This document shows, in pieces, positions 60,729-64,000 of a DNA stretch of 64,000 nucleotides. How positions within the stretch are numbered: the stretch's first letter is position 1; every line of letters begins with the position of its first letter. The position numbers and the translations under genes were made by a program. The stretch comes from an uncultured Thermoanaerobaculia bacterium (lineage in GTDB: Bacteria > Acidobacteriota > Thermoanaerobaculia > Thermoanaerobaculales > Sulfomarinibacteraceae), in contig CAZSTH010000006.1 of NCBI GenBank assembly GCA_964609835.1, forward strand, positions 5,379 through 69,378. Reading direction: 5' to 3'. The notes below the pieces were generated by a model. That model ran no database searches, was not told where the DNA came from, and was given only the letters and a program-made list of their open reading frames with translations.

Positions 60729-61856
60729 ATGCTCAAAGAGCAACGCCTGTTCCTCGCGATCTTCCTCGTGCTCGTCGCTCTGATCACGCTTCCCCTGGCA
60801 CTCCATCACATCAAGGACTCGAGGCGCCCGCTGCCGGCCGAGGTGAGGGTGGTGACGGCCACCGCGTCCGACCCCGTGTATCGCGACGGCCGACGCCGGG
60901 TCCAGGCCGGAGATCCGGTGTCCGTCGCGCTCGCGGTGAAGATCTCCCAGCTCGGCCGGGACGACCGCTGGCTGGCTCCGGTGGAACGGCTGTCGATCGG
61001 CGGCAGCCCGGTGGATCACCTGCGGTCCGATTCATGGATCGAGGACGACCGCACCCTACGAGTGTTCTGGTTCTCGGTCGAGTGCGCGAACCTCGGCGGC
61101 CGCGTGACGCCGCAGACCGCCGGCAACCGGCTCCGGTACCGGACCTTTCTCGCGCCGGAGATGGGGAGGGGCCTTCGCGCGGCAGGCCTTCCGGAACCTC
61201 ACAACGACGACCACCTCGGAACGCCGGAGACGCTGTCCTTCGGGGCCGTCGGCACCTTTCGGCTGTACGCGCGCCTCGAGATCGCGGAGTCCCTGGAAGA
61301 CCCGAGGCCGGTGCACTCGGTCGCCTCCGCAGGAGTCGATAAGCTCGGCACGCCCGATCTCGCCGCCGTGTGGCGCTCGGGCTCGTTCGCGCCAGGCATC
61401 CGAGAGGAGGTCGGTGAACTCTTCCGGCTGCCCGGTTTCGAACCCGAGGACGAGCCGCCCGGGAGCTGGCGATCGGTGACCAAGGAGGCCTTCAACCGTC
61501 CGTTCACGGCGCTGGTCGAGGACCGGCTGGTGGTCTCGTCGTGGACCTTCGCCGCCACTGCGGCGGCCGGCACCGCCGAACTGGACCGGGGCGGGCTCGA
61601 GCATATCGCCACGGTGCCCGACGTGCGCTCACCGGACGGCGGGCAGGGGCTTCGTTGGATGTTGGACGTCATGCCCGGCGATCTCGCCTCGAGCGGCGGG
61701 CGGTGGATGGTGCTGCTGTCCGACGAGGGCAACGGTGTCCTCGATCCAGCCGACGCCGTTCTCGCCACATGGGGACGCCCGCCACAGCGGACGACGGTGT
61801 TCGCGGCCCTCGATCCCGAAGCGGAGTCGCTCGACGTCTATCGTCATGCCGGCTGA
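60729..61856 (+). CDS. N-terminally membrane-anchored hypothetical protein.
   Basis: The TM anchor is MLKEQRLFLAIFLVLVALITLPLALHHI and GC3 is high. I recognise no motif. TACAAT lies 6 nt upstream of the ATG. Confidence 0.6.
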   Translation: MLKEQRLFLAIFLVLVALITLPLALHHIKDSRRPLPAEVRVVTATASDPVYRDGRRRVQAGDPVSVALAVKISQLGRDDRWLAPVERLSIGGSPVDHLRSDSWIEDDRTLRVFWFSVECANLGGRVTPQTAGNRLRYRTFLAPEMGRGLRAAGLPEPHNDDHLGTPETLSFGAVGTFRLYARLEIAESLEDPRPVHSVASAGVDKLGTPDLAAVWRSGSFAPGIREEVGELFRLPGFEPEDEPPGSWRSVTKEAFNRPFTALVEDRLVVSSWTFAATAAAGTAELDRGGLEHIATVPDVRSPDGGQGLRWMLDVMPGDLASSGGRWMVLLSDEGNGVLDPADAVLATWGRPPQRTTVFAALDPEAESLDVYRHAG

Positions 61857-62667
61857 TCCGCTGCTGACCGTCACCGACCTCAGCGTCGCCTTCCCGGCCG
61901 CGGGAGGCGGATGGCGCGAGGTGGTGAGGAACGTCAGCTTCGACCTTTGCCGCGGCGAGCGTGTCGCCCTCGTCGGCGAGTCGGGCAGCGGCAAGAGCCT
62001 GACCGCGCTGGCGACCCTCGGTCTGGCGCCCGAGGGTGGCCGCATCGTCAGCGGCAGCGTTCGCGTTGCGGACACCGACGTCCTCGGCGCTCCGCCGCGA
62101 GTGCTCGGCCGACTCCGCGGCGGGGAGGTCGGCCTGGTCTTCCAGGAAGCGGCGAGCGTCCTCAACCCGGTGTACACGATCGGCTACCAGCTCTCCGAGG
62201 CCATCGGTCTGTACCGTCGCCTCGGCCGGCGGCGGCGGCGAGCTGCCGTCCTCCACTGGCTCCGGATGGTTGCAATCGACGATCCCGAGCGGGTGGCGCG
62301 ATCCCATCCCCACCAGCTGTCCGGGGGCATGGCGCAGCGGGTCATGATCGCCCTCGCGCTGGTCGGCGAGCCGCACACACTGATTGCGGACGAGCCGACC
62401 TCGGCCCTCGACGTCGGTACGCAGCTCCGCATCCTCGAGCTCCTCGAGCGCCTCGCCGCCGAGCAGGGGCTCGGGTTGATGCTGATCAGCCACGATCTTT
62501 CTCTGGTGCAGGCGGTGGCGGATCGGGTGCTCGTCATGAGTGGGGGCGAGATCGTCGATCGGGGCCCGCTGGCAACCGTCCTTTCGAGCCCATCCCACGC
62601 GGCGAGCCGCCGCCTCGTCGAGACACTTCCTCGACACGACCCCGAGGTGCGGGATGGTCTCACCTGA
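61846..62667 (+). CDS. ABC ATPase of the oligopeptide/dipeptide type (OppD/DppD-like).
   Basis: LLTVTDLSVAF, GESGSGKSLTA, LSGGMAQRVMIALAL and LIADEPTSALD are present. Confidence 0.85.
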   Translation: MPADPLLTVTDLSVAFPAAGGGWREVVRNVSFDLCRGERVALVGESGSGKSLTALATLGLAPEGGRIVSGSVRVADTDVLGAPPRVLGRLRGGEVGLVFQEAASVLNPVYTIGYQLSEAIGLYRRLGRRRRRAAVLHWLRMVAIDDPERVARSHPHQLSGGMAQRVMIALALVGEPHTLIADEPTSALDVGTQLRILELLERLAAEQGLGLMLISHDLSLVQAVADRVLVMSGGEIVDRGPLATVLSSPSHAASRRLVETLPRHDPEVRDGLT

Positions 62668-63457
62668 GGTCCTGCTCAACGCCGACGGCCTGTGCCGAGC
62701 CTTCCACGGCCCGGGGAGAGGTCGGGGGGCAGCTGTGGCCGCCGTCGACGACGTCAGCTTCGAGATCGCTCGCGGCGAGGCGATCGGACTGGTCGGAAGC
62801 TCGGGTTGCGGCAAGACCTCGCTGGTGAGGCTGCTCCTCCTCCTGGACCGTCCGGACCGGGGGGTCGTTCGCTTCGACGGCCAGCCGCTGAGCTTATGGC
62901 CGGAGCGTCGGATTCGGCCCCTCCGAAAGCGTTTTCAGGCGGTGTTCCAGGACCCGACCCTGTCCCTCGATCCCTGCCAGAGCGTGGCCTCGATCATCGC
63001 CGAGCCGCTCGACGCCCACCGGGTCGGGTCGCCGAGCCACCGCCGCCAGGCGGTGCACACGCTGCTCGAGCAGGTCGGGCTTCCGCCCGCGTGCGGCCAC
63101 CGGCTGCCGCGCACCTTTTCGGGCGGAGAACGGCAGCGGGTCGCCATCGCCCGCGCTCTCGCCCCGGGTCCGGAACTTCTGATCCTCGACGAACCGGTGT
63201 CGTCACTCGACCGCTCGGTCCAGGTCCAGATCCTCGATCTGATCGCCCGGCTGCGCGACTCCAGGGGGCTGACCCTGCTGCTGGTGTCGCATGATCTCGA
63301 TGTCGTGCGTGCCACCTGCAACCGCGTCCTGGTCATGGAGCGCGGCCGGATCGTCGAGGAGGGCCCGGTGTCGAGGATCTTCGCCGAACCCGAGCACCCC
63401 GTCACCCGGCAGCTCCTGGCCGCATCGCGCACGCGCGCCCGCCCGCGGCCGGGCTGA
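62654..63457 (+). CDS. ABC ATPase of the oligopeptide/dipeptide type (OppF/DppF-like).
   Basis: GSSGCGKTSL, FSGGERQRVAIARAL and LILDEPVSSLD are present. It overlaps the upstream gene by 14 nt. Confidence 0.85.
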   Translation: MVSPEVLLNADGLCRAFHGPGRGRGAAVAAVDDVSFEIARGEAIGLVGSSGCGKTSLVRLLLLLDRPDRGVVRFDGQPLSLWPERRIRPLRKRFQAVFQDPTLSLDPCQSVASIIAEPLDAHRVGSPSHRRQAVHTLLEQVGLPPACGHRLPRTFSGGERQRVAIARALAPGPELLILDEPVSSLDRSVQVQILDLIARLRDSRGLTLLLVSHDLDVVRATCNRVLVMERGRIVEEGPVSRIFAEPEHPVTRQLLAASRTRARPRPG

Positions 63458-63545
63458 GGTGCTGGTCGAGGCTTCGCACTGCCGGCGGGGCACCCTGCGT
63501 TTCCCACTCACCCTGTCGATCACGCGCGCGATACAATGAGGTCCG

Positions 63546-64000
63546 ATGCTCAACACCGTCGAGCAGATCCGGACCGCGCTTTCGTCGGCCTACCCGATCA
63601 CGATTCTCGTGAGCCCGGAGGAGGACCGCCAGGAAACCATCCTTCGCCGCTTCGGGGCGGCCGCCAAGCCCGACCAGCTGCCGGTCCACGTCTGGAACTG
63701 TGTCGATGGATTCATCGACCACGACGGCGACAGCGCCGTCGACCCGATGGACGCGCTGGCCTGGATCGGCGGTTCGGCGCCCAGAGGACTGTACCTTCTC
63801 AAGGACCTCGAAGGACTGCTGACGGAGGACCGGCAGCTGCGGCGCCGAATGCGCGACACCGCCATGAAGATCCGCAACACCGGCAAGTTCCTTTTTCTCC
63901 TGCAGCAGTCCAACGAGGTGCCGGACGCCCTCAAGCCTCTCACCTACATCGTGGTCTCCATGTTCCCGGACGACAACGAGCTCCGCTCGCTGGTCACCGG
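63546..64000 (+). CDS. 5'-partial gene running off the right edge. It is hypothetical, though its N-terminus weakly resembles those of some AAA+ ATPase families.
   Basis: The ATG at 63546 opens MLNTVEQIRTALSSAYPITILVSPEEDRQETILRRF.. and the frame stays open to 64000 with very high GC3. It is absent from the ORF track because there is no in-window stop. No Walker motif is reached yet. Confidence 0.6.
   Translation, partial: MLNTVEQIRTALSSAYPITILVSPEEDRQETILRRFGAAAKPDQLPVHVWNCVDGFIDHDGDSAVDPMDALAWIGGSAPRGLYLLKDLEGLLTEDRQLRRRMRDTAMKIRNTGKFLFLLQQSNEVPDALKPLTYIVVSMFPDDNELRSLVT

Noticed and set aside
22453-62814. Further long shadow ORFs or over-extended starts: 22453..23658(-), 24718..(+), 25837..26823(-), 27484..28854(+), 28599..29519(-), 31142..(+), 31742..33343(-), 34630..36300(+), 36495..38261(-), 40443..42008(-), 41807..42874(-), 47458..48738(-), 58426..59931(-), 59448..61019(-) and 61669..62814(-).
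   Set aside because: These are either antisense to motif-bearing genes or N-terminal extensions with junk composition. Where a real gene shares the frame, I moved the start to an internal ATG or GTG that has an SD site and a sensible N-terminus or signal peptide.
1-64000. A scan for tRNA, rRNA, CRISPR arrays, transposases, integrases or phage genes.
   Set aside because: I found no tRNA-like T-arm motifs, no regularly spaced direct repeats and no recombinase or transposase motifs while reading either strand. A by-eye scan cannot fully exclude small RNAs.

Overview
This is a GC-rich bacterial chromosomal window (roughly two-thirds G+C by eye). Genes are densely packed and most have strong GGAGG-type ribosome-binding sites. 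I saw no rRNA, tRNA, CRISPR array, transposase or integrase. All calls come from reading and translating the sequence by eye and from motifs I remember, so every family assignment needs an HMM or BLAST check.

Because of the high GC, the supplied ORF track is full of long antisense 'shadow' ORFs. It also omits both genes that run off the window edges: a >2,080-aa secreted repeat protein on the minus strand at 1..6248, and a 5'-partial gene at 63546..64000.

Content from left to right:
1. A minus-strand block of giant repeat protein, then a membrane-TPR-CHAT protease, then a Crp/Fnr regulator, radical-SAM enzyme, polyferredoxin and an ECF-type transporter. The transporter's T component is fused to a THEP1-like NTPase. 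The two large genes are each preceded by a copy of the same 137-bp promoter/leader element.
2. Housekeeping and envelope-stress genes: TerC, a YbaY-NlpE-META fusion, GNAT, PepSY-TM, DUF4920, RadC, Fur-family, Nfu, and an ECF sigma/anti-sigma/membrane trio followed by an S8/S53 peptidase.
3. A decayed wecB and a small processive-GT2 locus.
4. From 31 to 61 kb, a large surface-protein and glycan locus.

The most interesting signal is in that last locus. Five unrelated secreted proteins (two giant beta-propeller proteins, an S8 protease, a LamG-like protein and a small unknown) carry 13 copies in total of a cysteine-bridged variant of the SLH cell-wall anchor. They are interleaved with a 1,257-aa fusion of a CsaB-type pyruvyltransferase, a coiled coil and two GT2 domains. 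Also present are a methyltransferase, Wzm/Wzt, a sulfotransferase, a Tat-lipoprotein sulfatase-fold protein with Thr at the nucleophile position, further glycosyltransferases and a Wzx-like flippase. I read this as a candidate self-contained system that makes a modified wall glycan and the protein anchor that binds it.
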